From the NCBI GenBank assembly GCA_022844165.1, contig JALHMH010000004.1, forward strand, positions 64,001 to 128,000: a DNA stretch of 64,000 nt, given 5' to 3'. Each line of letters starts with the position of its first letter. The first letter of the stretch is position 1. This stretch comes from Lysobacterales bacterium (GTDB lineage: Bacteria; Pseudomonadota; Gammaproteobacteria; Xanthomonadales; SZUA-5). Below the pieces are notes generated by a model, which did not search any database, was not told the origin of the DNA, and saw only the letters and a list, made by a program, of their open reading frames with translations. Shown one piece after another: positions 1 to 9,313 of the stretch. The position numbers were made by a program, and so were the translations under genes.

Positions 1-1178
1 TCGGCATTGTTTCGACGGTAATCGTCGCGCCGAAACACCAGCACGCCGAACTTGCCATCGTCCACCAGCTGACTGCCGCCGCGTTCGACCGGAGCTACGT
101 ATTTGGGATCGTCGAGGTACTGCTGCCAGGGCACGCTGTAGCGATCGAGTACGAATCCCGCGCTGAGCATGCCGCGCATGACTGCGTGTACGGATAGCTC
201 GTACGCTCGGCGATGGCGTGGAATACGCGGGTCGGGAACCAACAACACGCCGTATTCGATGGCATCTGCGTCGGTGTAGATCTCTTCGAAATCGGCTTCG
301 GGATCGATTTGCCGCGCAATGCCGCTGGTTGGTGTGGGTCGGCCCAGCAAACCGATCTCGATTGCGGTTGCGATCTCGTTCAGCCCCTCATGGGCTTCCA
401 GACCGAGTTCGTCGATCGCTTCGGCTATTTGCTTATTGGCTGTTGCGACCCCATTGGTCGCATGGGCGATGTTCTGGGTTGCCGAACTCAGTGAACTTGG
501 GTTGGCCTGTTCGTCTTTCGTTGAGTCGCGCTTCGAATGCACCGCCTGAGCCACCAGTTCAGTCGCGCCCGACAAAACACTAGCGTGGTGAATGACGGCC
601 GAGACCTGGTTTGCTGTATTGGTTCTGTCGTTGATTTGTCCGCGTTCGATCAATCGCAACTCGACCCGTGCGTTTTCCAGTTGTTCCTGCCACAGGTTGG
701 ACTTGTCGCGCAGCCGACGAATGCAACCGTGGATCGAATCGCAGCGCTGGTTGTAGATCAACTCGGTCAGCTTGATCGGGTCGACAAAACGCGGAAACTC
801 CGTATCGCCCGCGCACTCGGGGTCTGCCAGCTCATCCACACTCACACACGCCGCTCGTTTCAGGTCACGGACGGTCTGTTCGTTGATCGGCGAAAAGTGA
901 CGGGCTGTAGCGTTGTTTTTCCAGATCGGACCCGATTGCCTTGAGTGGGGCAAAGGACAAAGCTCTTTAACCTTGTCCTGGCATGTTCTCGCCAAGTCGC
1001 ACTGACGCTGCACATCAAACTCGAGGTTTGGCGATTGTCCTTGTGGGATGCCCCGCACGACGCGATGGCACTCAAGCACGGTATTGCAGTAGGGCCGCAA
1101 CTCCCTCAAATCGGAAATGCACGCTTCCGCTGTTGCAGCCGACGCAAGAATGATCAAGCAGGCAAGTAGAGCGCGCAT
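1..1178 (-). CDS. Large hypothetical secreted/membrane protein, 3' end beyond window
   Basis: Manually translated stop-free frame from ATG 1178 (MRALLACLIILASAATAEAC..., signal-peptide-like) to the window edge, 392 codons; contains VPDPRIPRH...GFVLDRYSVPW...GVLVFRRD. Missing from the ORF track because no stop lies inside the window. Confidence 0.75.
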   Translation of the reverse strand, partial: MRALLACLIILASAATAEACISDLRELRPYCNTVLECHRVVRGIPQGQSPNLEFDVQRQCDLARTCQDKVKELCPLPHSRQSGPIWKNNATARHFSPINEQTVRDLKRAACVSVDELADPECAGDTEFPRFVDPIKLTELIYNQRCDSIHGCIRRLRDKSNLWQEQLENARVELRLIERGQINDRTNTANQVSAVIHHASVLSGATELVAQAVHSKRDSTKDEQANPSSLSSATQNIAHATNGVATANKQIAEAIDELGLEAHEGLNEIATAIEIGLLGRPTPTSGIARQIDPEADFEEIYTDADAIEYGVLLVPDPRIPRHRRAYELSVHAVMRGMLSAGFVLDRYSVPWQQYLDDPKYVAPVERGGSQLVDDGKFGVLVFRRDDYRRNNA

Positions 1179-1526
1179 GAGCGGTCCAAACTCTCTTGCC
1201 TGAAAGGAGATGCTTTGAGGTAACGTGTCCCAGATGTTCTGGTAAAGTTTTGTCAAAACTGCCGGCAGGTACTCGTTGCAACTCGGCAACCTGGCCGGCG
1301 CTCGCCGGCGAGCGCTATGGACCTCCAGCGCCTGGCGCGATGCCGGTCAATCCGACGGCCTGCGGCTGTGCACGAAAGCGCCGTCACCCCGGCCGACTGC
1401 CCTGAAGTCGATTGCGCCAACGCCGCTGGGAATTGCTGCGTCGGATCTCCGCTGATTCGCGGTGTCGTTGTGCGATTGGCCGCGCGAACGCGTTTCAGTT
1501 TCGGACATGCATCCACGAGGTTTCTT

Positions 1527-2201
1527 ATGAGGTCGGTTACCTGGCAGCTAGCAGCGGCAGGTCTGGTGTCGATACTGGTTGTGGCCACGGCGCATGCGCG
1601 CACCGCCAGCGTGCGCGATACGCGACTTGTCGTCGAAAGCGACCACCCGTGCCAGTTGCGTATTGATGGGCGAGAACAGGGGGAAGTGGCGCCTGGCAAA
1701 TCCCTGCATTTGAACCTGGATCTCGATGAAGTATTCGTCGAGTGCCAAAGCGAGCGCTTTCAGGACCTGAGGCATGAAGAGGTTTACGCACTGCCCAAGC
1801 TCGATCGAGCAGTGCTGTCCATCGTTTTCGGCGATGCCGTTCGCGACGCAGAAGAGAAGCTCGCGCGACAGCAGACACGGTTTCAAAGTCGATCGGACGG
1901 CGTATTCGACAAGCAGCAGGGACTGGTCTGGGCGCGGGCCGAAAGCGATAAGGCACTGAACTGGCAACAGGCGCACGACTATTGCCCGAGTCTGGGCAGC
2001 GGCTGGCAATTGCCATCGGTTGCTCAGCTTGAGAGCCTGGCGCATCAGGATGCGCCGTTGGATTTCGGTGTCCAATACCAATGGAGCAACAAACGTGTTG
2101 ATACGGATCGCGCGATCGCCGTTCGCGCGAAGTTCGGCATGTGGTCGGTCGAGAAAACGGACAGGCCATACGCTGCGCTCTGCGTGCTGATAAGTGAGTG
2201 A
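1527..2201 (+). CDS. Secreted protein with PEGA-like N-terminal region and DUF1566/Lcl C-terminal domain
   Basis: ATG 1527 after GAGG; signal peptide MRSVTWQLAAAGLVSILVVATAHA; DUF1566-like motifs D..QGLVW, NWQQAHDYC, GWQLPSVAQLESL, ALCV. Confidence 0.7.
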   Translation: MRSVTWQLAAAGLVSILVVATAHARTASVRDTRLVVESDHPCQLRIDGREQGEVAPGKSLHLNLDLDEVFVECQSERFQDLRHEEVYALPKLDRAVLSIVFGDAVRDAEEKLARQQTRFQSRSDGVFDKQQGLVWARAESDKALNWQQAHDYCPSLGSGWQLPSVAQLESLAHQDAPLDFGVQYQWSNKRVDTDRAIAVRAKFGMWSVEKTDRPYAALCVLISE

Positions 2202-2358
2202 AGGCAGTCCCGTCGGGTTTTTGTACTCGGCCGAAGGCGGAGATGGGCGATGCGGGATGCGAGGAAACAGCGGTGCCTGGTTTGTGGAGCCGATCCATGC
2301 ACGTGACCTGCGTGAGAACAGCATCGGGCCTTCGTTTCGTGACCTGGACCTTCGCCAC

Positions 2359-2889
2359 ATGGATGATCGGCTGACGCGACTTCGCCAATGGCTGACGCCG
2401 AATTATCTGCACCGTGCGCTGGCGGTCCCGGAACACGTGCTGCTGAAGCCGGGCTGGCGGTTGTACGTGTTGAAAATCGACGGGCTCACGCGTCAACTGA
2501 CGGGTCCGCGAACGCGAGTCCTGGCATTCGAGCAATTGCGGACGCGGCTGTTTCCCCAGATCTTATTGCGCCTGGATTTCACTGACGTCGTCGACATCAC
2601 CCAGGATGGACATCAGCTATGGCTCTCCGAAGCGGCGACCGTGCGGTGGCGCAATGCCGCACCGAACCCTGCTTCGACCATCGCCTTTGCATTCCAGTAT
2701 CTGCCCTTCGCCATCGCTCTGGATGGCGAGTGTCTTAGTGGCGGTTGGATCGTGCCGGCACAAAGTCGCGCCATCGGGGCAGCGCCGCGCATGCGCCTTC
2801 TGGTTGGGTCGCGACAGCTGACCATCGAGTTCGTTGCCGATGGCAACGACGATCCGGCTCGCGCCATGATTGCCAGCCGCAACGGTTGA
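2359..2889 (+). CDS. Hypothetical protein
   Basis: Protein-like part of ORF 2194..2889; start uncertain; no recognised motif. Confidence 0.4.
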   Translation: MDDRLTRLRQWLTPNYLHRALAVPEHVLLKPGWRLYVLKIDGLTRQLTGPRTRVLAFEQLRTRLFPQILLRLDFTDVVDITQDGHQLWLSEAATVRWRNAAPNPASTIAFAFQYLPFAIALDGECLSGGWIVPAQSRAIGAAPRMRLLVGSRQLTIEFVADGNDDPARAMIASRNG

Positions 2890-3031
2890 GACTCGGCATC
2901 GCCTCGTCCCGACATTCGAGCGTGGTTGTGTTGGCGTCACGCTGCATACGCCGTGCGCGGCTTCCTCGTGGGTTGGCCCGTCGCCATCAACTCGTGAGGG
3001 CTGTTCGCGTTGAACCGTCGAGTGCTGGCGC

Positions 3032-4603
3032 CTAAGGATTGAGCAACTCGAAGCGCCTCACATCCAGATTCGGATGGCGCGATTTCAATGCGATCAGCCA
3101 ATCTTCCTCTGTCTCTGGCTCGCCAGTCGCCGGCGCCAGACCACCGACGCCGCGCGTCGGTTCGAACGCATAGAGGCCTTCGCCCGGCGTATCCAGCGCC
3201 GCCTGCTGCGCCGCCTGGATATGTTCGCTGTCGATCGGCTCGGCGCTCAACAGCACGAAAAAGCGCTCGCGACCGCCGCGACTGGTAATGCGCCAATCGA
3301 GCGCCGCATCGGGCAGCCGGTAGCTGCCTGGAGCGAGTGGGTTTTTGAGTGTTGAGGTGTTCAGCGGAAACAGCAAAAAGCGCGCACCAGCCAGGTCCTC
3401 ATTGATGACGTAGACGTGGCGGCGGCTGCTCAACGAGAGATTCAGTGCCAAGGCATCGCCGACGCGGGCAGTGGCGCCGTTAGCGAGGATTTCGATGCCT
3501 TGATCGGTGGTGCGCAGCCATTCGGTGCGATGCGGCACCGGTGCAACCGGCCACCACGCGATGACGGCTGCTACCATCGCGGCGGCCGCAGCCGCGGCCA
3601 GGGGCAGCGCTCGACTTCGCGACGGTGCGGCCCGCAGTGCCGCCGCAAAATTGCCGCAACTCAGGTGTCGCCTGGCCGGATCGGTGACCAGGGCCCTTTC
3701 GATCGCATCGATCAATGTGCGCGGCAGGTCCGGTCGCAAGTCCATCAGTCGTCGGCGCTCGCCGTTCCGTTGCCGGGTTTTGAGCTCGATTACGGTCTCG
3801 GCAGCGTAGGGATAGCTGCGTGTTGCAAGAAAGAACAGCAATACACCCAGGCTGTATTGGTCGGCCAGCGACGTGATCGCCGTTGACGTAAAGCGCTCCG
3901 GCGCCATGAACAGCGGCGTGCCGCTGGCGCCTAAGGGATCGTCGGCGTATTGGCTGGAGCCGAAATCGGCGACGACCCAACGGCCATCGCGATGGCGCAA
4001 GACATTGGCCGGCTTCAGATCGCCGTGGACGATATTGCCCTGATGCAGCGCGCATAGCGCGGCGCACAATTCGGTGCCGATCATGGTCAACTCGCTGGCG
4101 CTGAGTTTGCCCTGGCGTGCCAGCCACTGCTCAAGCGATTCGCCCGGAAGCAACTCGCCGACAAATCCGATGATGCGATCGGTCTCGATGGCGCCGTACA
4201 CCTTCAGCACGTTCGGGTGGTCGATGCGTGCCATCAACTGTCCTTCGCGCAGCAGATCCTGGCGGTGGCCGCTCTTGAACACTTTGAGCGCAACGTCGCG
4301 ATCCAGTCGCACATCGTGGGCGCGATACACGGTGCCATAACTGCCCTCACCGAGTACCGCGGCGATGCGCAAGTCGCCCACGATGGTGCCGATGGATATC
4401 GGCCCCGCGGCCTCCGGCACGTCGGCAGCGACCGCAAAACTGCCCGCCAGGGCAGCCACCTGGCGGAGGCTTCCCAGCAGCGCTGGACTTAAGTCCTCCG
4501 CTGCCTTCGTCCAATCGATGGGCAATCCTTCGGCCAGCCGGGTCGTCCACTTGAGTAAGGGATCGGCGTGCAGTGGGGTGACATTACTTGCGGTCGCCGC
4601 CAT
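3032..4603 (-). CDS. Ser/Thr protein kinase with TM segment and C-terminal DUF4384-like domain
   Basis: Hanks motifs LGEGSYGTVY, VALK, HGDLKPAN, DFG, GTPLFMAPE; Ala-rich TM; RVGDALAL...HVYVINED...LLFP...YRLP resembles DUF4384. Confidence 0.85.
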   Translation of the reverse strand: MAATASNVTPLHADPLLKWTTRLAEGLPIDWTKAAEDLSPALLGSLRQVAALAGSFAVAADVPEAAGPISIGTIVGDLRIAAVLGEGSYGTVYRAHDVRLDRDVALKVFKSGHRQDLLREGQLMARIDHPNVLKVYGAIETDRIIGFVGELLPGESLEQWLARQGKLSASELTMIGTELCAALCALHQGNIVHGDLKPANVLRHRDGRWVVADFGSSQYADDPLGASGTPLFMAPERFTSTAITSLADQYSLGVLLFFLATRSYPYAAETVIELKTRQRNGERRRLMDLRPDLPRTLIDAIERALVTDPARRHLSCGNFAAALRAAPSRSRALPLAAAAAAAMVAAVIAWWPVAPVPHRTEWLRTTDQGIEILANGATARVGDALALNLSLSSRRHVYVINEDLAGARFLLFPLNTSTLKNPLAPGSYRLPDAALDWRITSRGGRERFFVLLSAEPIDSEHIQAAQQAALDTPGEGLYAFEPTRGVGGLAPATGEPETEEDWLIALKSRHPNLDVRRFELLNP

Positions 4604-4606
4604 CGC

Positions 4607-4651
4607 TCAGTCCTTGCGTATGCTCATGTGATGCGCCAGATTCGTCAGGGC
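4607..4651 (-). pseudogene. Possible C-terminal remnant of an ECF sigma factor gene
   Basis: Reads ALTNLAHHMSIRKD*, stop 3 nt before the kinase ATG; resembles the (R)ALxxLAxxM tail of kinase-linked ECF sigma factors. Confidence 0.35.
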
Positions 4652-4732
4652 CGGCTGTCTACGTGCTGGGTGGTCGCGGCCGGAAACCGGCCGGACGCGC
4701 CGGATTCTGGCATGCCTATGGTTCGCCCTGCA

Positions 4733-7700
4733 TCACTCGAAGCCACTGGCGAACAGGCTGTCAAGTACGACTTCGTGAGTCGTGTTACGGCTGCTGGGAT
4801 TGAAGTTGGCATTGCCCAGATAGTTGAAACTGATGCTGCGCACGCCGACCTGAGTCAATGTCAGCTGGCAACTGGTGGCAGGCAACGCGATGGTGCAGTT
4901 CTCACTGGCGCTGGCCGAAACCGTAATACTGCCGGTCGGCGATCCAGCGCCCGGCGCCTCGACGCCCAGAATTGCGCTCGCTGTGACGGTTTGGCCCGCA
5001 ATCGATGGCGAGGGTGCGATCGAGAGCCCATTGAGTGCCGTATTGGCCGCCAGCACTTGCTGCGCCTGGCCGTCGCAACTGCCGTTGAAACCATTCCCAG
5101 CGGGGAAACATGCTGTGAGCAGTGTGTTGCCGGCAACACTGCTCACCAGTTGGCAACTGCCCGAGCCATTGGTGACGACGCCATTGCACGACGGACTTCC
5201 GCCGCTTCCGTTGATGAAAAAGCCACCAGTTGGCAAGCTGCCATTGGCCGCGGTGACCAGGACGTTGACGACGTAGGCTTCTCCCACTCGAGAAGGATTT
5301 GGCGCCTGGCCGGTGATGGTGATTGTGGTGTTCACCGCCTGCGGCATCGTCACAGTATGCGGCTCGGTATCGCTGCTGGATGCATAGCTGGCGTTGCCCG
5401 AGTAGTTGGCGGTGAGCGTTTTTTGCCCGGCACTGGTGGATGTCAACTGACAGGAGGCCATGCCGCCGCTGAGGGTCACGTTGGTGCAGCTGGCGCCGCT
5501 GCCATCGTTGATACTGACCGTGCCGGTCGGCGTGGCGCCGGCGCCCGCGACTTGCACCATGACGGTGTAGGGCTGATTCACCTCGGAGGGATCCGGTAGA
5601 TCCGAGGTGATGGTGGTGGTGCTCGGCGGCAAAGTGACCGTGTGCGATTCGGTGTCCTGGCTGGCGGCGAAAGCCTGACTGTTCGGTGTGTAGACGGCGG
5701 TCAGGGTTTTCTGGCCCGGTGTGCTCGATGCCATCTGACAGGAACCGCCGCCGGTGCTGAGCACGATGGTGCAACTGGCGCCGCTCCCATCGCTGACGCC
5801 GACAGTGCCGGTGGGTGCTGCGAATCCCAGGTTGGTCGCAACCGCTACTACCACTGTGTAGTTCTGACCGATGATCGAGGGATCCGGCGTGTCACTGATG
5901 ATCGTGGTCGTGGTGCTGGCCGCCACCACCACGTGCGACTCGGTGTCGCTACTGTTCAAGAAGTTGGGGGCGCCGCTGAAGGTTGCGCTCAAGGTTTTGT
6001 TTCCGACCGTCAACGAGGTGAGCGCGCAGCTGCCATTGCCGCCGCTCAGGGAGGCGATCTGGCAGGTCTGGCCGGTTCCATCGGACACCGTCACCGTGCC
6101 CTGCGGAACCGCCAGATTCCCGTTCGGCGTGCGCACCTGGACTTGCACCTCATATGGCTGCCCAACTTCGCTGGGATCAGGTTGATCGCTGGTGATGGTC
6201 AGTTGCGTGCCCACCGGATTGATCTGGTGGGGCTCGGTATCTGAGCTCGGCAGATGGAACAGCGATCCGGGAAAGTTGGCGGTCAGGGTTTTGTTGCCCA
6301 GCGTGGTCGACAGCATCTGGCAGCTGCCGCTGCCACTGGCGCTCAGCGCGATAACACACTGCACGCCGCTGCCGTCGCTGATCGTGATCTCGCCATTGGG
6401 CGTGCCGCTCGGACTCGTGGTTTGCGCCGTCACCTGGTACGGCTGGCCGAACGCCGATGGATCTGGGGTGTCGGCCGTGATGGTGGTGGTACTCGCGCTG
6501 GCTTCGAGGAAACACAGACTCGCTTCGCTGGTGTCGCCGGTGGAGATACGGGTCGCCACGGCCGACAGCACGCCTCCCGTGGCGGTTCCTGGCACCGCCA
6601 CGTTGAAGCCCACGACGCCCACCAGATTGGTCACAAACTGGGTCCCGACCAGATTCAGCATGTTGGCGCGGCCGTTGGGACAATCCGGCGAACGATAGAT
6701 GTCGATGATGTACTGGCCGGTCTGAGTGGCCAGCGAGCCCGACACCTGGCGAGTGCCATCGGGGTTGATCGTGGAGGCATTAATGACCGGCTTGTTCTGG
6801 CCGTTGTTCGGGCCGCCATCGGCATCGCCCGGGTCGTTGTCGAGCGGGCCAAGATCGCCGAGTTCGATGTTCTGGGCCAGCGTATTGGTCAGTCCGTTGG
6901 CGAATATCCGGTTCGGCCGGATGGCAACGCCAACGCCGGCGGTGGTCGTCAGGTGCACACCGGGCCCTTCGCTATTGGTGATGGTATTCGACGCGGCGCT
7001 GTTAAGAATGCCGCCAATCTGGTGGTTACCCGAGCCGCCGGTGATGACGATGCCGCTGGCATTGCGGAACGCCGGCGTGGGCACGCCGCTCGCCGCCGTG
7101 CCGAAGCGATTGCGCGCGATCTCGTAGCCGGTGGCAGTGGCGCCGGTGATCGAGAGTCCGGCGGAGTTCTGCGATGCGGCAATCACGTTGTCGAGGATGC
7201 GTACATCCGGGCTGGCGCTGGCGAAGATGCCGTTACCGGTGATCGGTGAGGCGGCGAGGCCACTGGCGGCTACCCCGATGTAGTTGTTCTGGATCGTGTG
7301 ACCGCCGCTGGTGCTGTCGAACAAGGTGATGCCGCTGGTCGACTGGCCGCCGAAGGTGTTGCGATGCTCAGGTTCAGGGCCGCCCACCGTGGCGTCCTGC
7401 GCGCTATCCTCGATGCGCAGGCCGAAACTGAAGGTGCCCAGATTCGCGTGCACACCGGGCCCGGCACCGCCAAAGGCATTGCCCTGCACGATGTGGTCGC
7501 TGCCGCCGCGCAGGCGCACGGCGCTGGTGGCGCTACCGGCAATTGCGTTGAACGCAACACCGCGTAAGATCAGGCTGGTGCCGGCCGGCGCGTTGGCCGG
7601 CACTTGCAGGTAGTGAGTCATGGTCGATCCGAAGGCATGGCTCATCGCCAGACAGATCACCGCATCGCTGCCAAGGGTCTGGGTATTGGGCACGGCGCCC

Positions 7701-8956
7701 GGCTGGCTGTAGCCATCGATTTCCAGGCTGTCGGTGATGTCCGGTAGCGGCGTCAGCAGTTGCACCAAGGGGATATTGGCCAGTACATTGCAACTGCCAG
7801 TGATGTCGAAGACGATCTTCTGTGTGCCCGGCGTGGCATTGGCCGAAGTGATCGCCGCGCGCAGTGAGCCGGCGCCGCTGTCATTCTCGTTGGTGACGCT
7901 GAGCACCGGCAGATCGCTGATCGAAGACTCAAAGGCGCCCATGTCGTAACGTGTGCCGACCAGGCGCCCGCCGGCAGGGCCATCCAGATCCTGTGCGGGC
8001 GGCGAAAAATTGAGCTGGCTGGCTTCCACACTATTCAGACCGGCGTTGATCGCCACCGACACCGGCGCCGTTTCGCGCAGGCGGAAGTTGCCGCCACCCA
8101 CGAATCCGGGTGTTGAGCTGATGATATTGCCAGCGGATCCACCGGCTGGCAGCAGGCCTTGTGGGATGGCGGGGTAGAGGTTTTCGCGGAACACCCAGGC
8201 CTTCGCATCCGACAGATTCGGTACAGTTATGGCTGTCACGCAGCCGCTGGTGGCGACGATGTTCTGCACGAACAAGGAGTTGCTGCGCTCGCTGTAAAGA
8301 CTGAGCGCCGGATCGTTGCCGTTGCACGACAGCGAAAAGGTGTTGAAAGCCACTTCGGGACGCGCGTCAGCGTTGGCATAGGACAGATCGACCGTGGAGT
8401 TGCCCAGCGTGGAGCCCAGCAGGCCCGCCATCACGTTGTTGGAAATGTTGTAGGTCTGGGCGTCGCTGGCGGCGATGAGCACGTACAAGCCGGTCACGAA
8501 TTCGTTGAAGCGAATGCGTATGAAGTCGGTATCCGGGCAGGACTGGCCGAACGGGCATGTGTTTTCGAACAAGAAGAACTGCCGGAAATTCTGGAAGCGA
8601 ATGCCCTCGATCCGGAAACTGCGCTGGTTGCCGGTGAAGCTGAAGTCGCTGCCATTGGAGAGCGCACCGCTGCCAGTGAACACTGTGTTGGCGGAGTTGA
8701 TCGTGCGTGCGGTGCATCCGCTATTCCAGCCGCCGGTCAAGGAAAACTCCTTGTCCTCACCGCTGCCGAAGCTCAGCCCGGCCGGCAGGGCGTAACTGCC
8801 GCCGCGCACACGGATGTCCTGCACCGTGCCGTCGGCGTCGCCATTGGCGCTTGCAAACGCCGACTGAATTTCGCTGCTCGTATCGACGCAGTACACGGCT
8901 GCGTCTACGCCCAAGGCAATCGTGGAGGCCAGGAAGGCACAATAGAAGCGCTGCAT
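4733..8956 (-). CDS. Large secreted surface protein: beta-helix modules, CSLREA-like segment, six bacterial Ig-like repeats
   Basis: Likely start MQRFYCAFLASTIALGVDA (signal peptide); DMGAFE module end; VTNENDSGAGSLRAAI; six ~95-aa repeats beginning (S/N)TTTIT.D.PDPS; C-terminus DSLFASGFE. Confidence 0.85.
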   Translation of the reverse strand: MQRFYCAFLASTIALGVDAAVYCVDTSSEIQSAFASANGDADGTVQDIRVRGGSYALPAGLSFGSGEDKEFSLTGGWNSGCTARTINSANTVFTGSGALSNGSDFSFTGNQRSFRIEGIRFQNFRQFFLFENTCPFGQSCPDTDFIRIRFNEFVTGLYVLIAASDAQTYNISNNVMAGLLGSTLGNSTVDLSYANADARPEVAFNTFSLSCNGNDPALSLYSERSNSLFVQNIVATSGCVTAITVPNLSDAKAWVFRENLYPAIPQGLLPAGGSAGNIISSTPGFVGGGNFRLRETAPVSVAINAGLNSVEASQLNFSPPAQDLDGPAGGRLVGTRYDMGAFESSISDLPVLSVTNENDSGAGSLRAAITSANATPGTQKIVFDITGSCNVLANIPLVQLLTPLPDITDSLEIDGYSQPGAVPNTQTLGSDAVICLAMSHAFGSTMTHYLQVPANAPAGTSLILRGVAFNAIAGSATSAVRLRGGSDHIVQGNAFGGAGPGVHANLGTFSFGLRIEDSAQDATVGGPEPEHRNTFGGQSTSGITLFDSTSGGHTIQNNYIGVAASGLAASPITGNGIFASASPDVRILDNVIAASQNSAGLSITGATATGYEIARNRFGTAASGVPTPAFRNASGIVITGGSGNHQIGGILNSAASNTITNSEGPGVHLTTTAGVGVAIRPNRIFANGLTNTLAQNIELGDLGPLDNDPGDADGGPNNGQNKPVINASTINPDGTRQVSGSLATQTGQYIIDIYRSPDCPNGRANMLNLVGTQFVTNLVGVVGFNVAVPGTATGGVLSAVATRISTGDTSEASLCFLEASASTTTITADTPDPSAFGQPYQVTAQTTSPSGTPNGEITISDGSGVQCVIALSASGSGSCQMLSTTLGNKTLTANFPGSLFHLPSSDTEPHQINPVGTQLTITSDQPDPSEVGQPYEVQVQVRTPNGNLAVPQGTVTVSDGTGQTCQIASLSGGNGSCALTSLTVGNKTLSATFSGAPNFLNSSDTESHVVVAASTTTTIISDTPDPSIIGQNYTVVVAVATNLGFAAPTGTVGVSDGSGASCTIVLSTGGGSCQMASSTPGQKTLTAVYTPNSQAFAASQDTESHTVTLPPSTTTITSDLPDPSEVNQPYTVMVQVAGAGATPTGTVSINDGSGASCTNVTLSGGMASCQLTSTSAGQKTLTANYSGNASYASSSDTEPHTVTMPQAVNTTITITGQAPNPSRVGEAYVVNVLVTAANGSLPTGGFFINGSGGSPSCNGVVTNGSGSCQLVSSVAGNTLLTACFPAGNGFNGSCDGQAQQVLAANTALNGLSIAPSPSIAGQTVTASAILGVEAPGAGSPTGSITVSASASENCTIALPATSCQLTLTQVGVRSISFNYLGNANFNPSSRNTTHEVVLDSLFASGFE

Positions 8957-9049
8957 GAAGATCCCTGAGTGGTTTGGCTTGCCATGGAAAACGTCGACAC
9001 CAGGCAAAGCGCACAACAGGGCTGCGAATCTCTGCGGATTTCGTCTGCG

Positions 9050-9258
9050 CGGTCGGCCAGCAGCACTTCGAGGCGCTCAAGGCGGTCTCCCAGCTCGAAC
9101 AACTCAGCATGAACCTCGGCCGTGACTTCGATGCGGGGGCTTAAGGTCTCATAGCTGCCCGAGGCGGCAGGCTTGATCCGCACGTCCAGCCATTGCCAAT
9201 CGCCCGCGAACTGGGCGATGCCAAAGTCGAGTCGCACACTGAACAGGCCGTTGTTGTA
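9050..9258 (-). pseudogene. Internally deleted remnant of a TYQG-domain (tail-fibre-like) secreted protein gene
   Basis: NGLFSVRLDFG..FAGDWQWLDVRIK...SYETLSPRIEVTA aligns by eye with GLFSLPLDFG..FRTDRQLWVELSVR...SYTTLLPRRPLTA of 12620..13408, then jumps to a coiled-coil tail ELGDRLERLEVLL; no ATG or signal peptide upstream. Confidence 0.6.
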
Positions 9259-9285
9259 CTCCGATCGAGCCGGCTTGCCTTGCTC

Positions 9286-9313
9286 TATCGGATTCGGATG
9301 GGGGCAGGGTTCA
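9286..9313 (-). promoter_or_regulatory. Putative ECF-sigma promoter TGAACC-N17-CGATA
   Basis: Near-identical to the + strand motif at 12507-12534; bipartite ECF-like spacing. Confidence 0.5.

Noticed and set aside
4733-6500. Repeated DNA segments in the large minus-strand gene (and in 60150-61650) as a possible CRISPR or tandem array
   Set aside because: They are degenerate in-frame Ig-like/DUF11 protein repeats of roughly 290-390 bp, with no identical short repeats separated by spacers; no cas genes are present.
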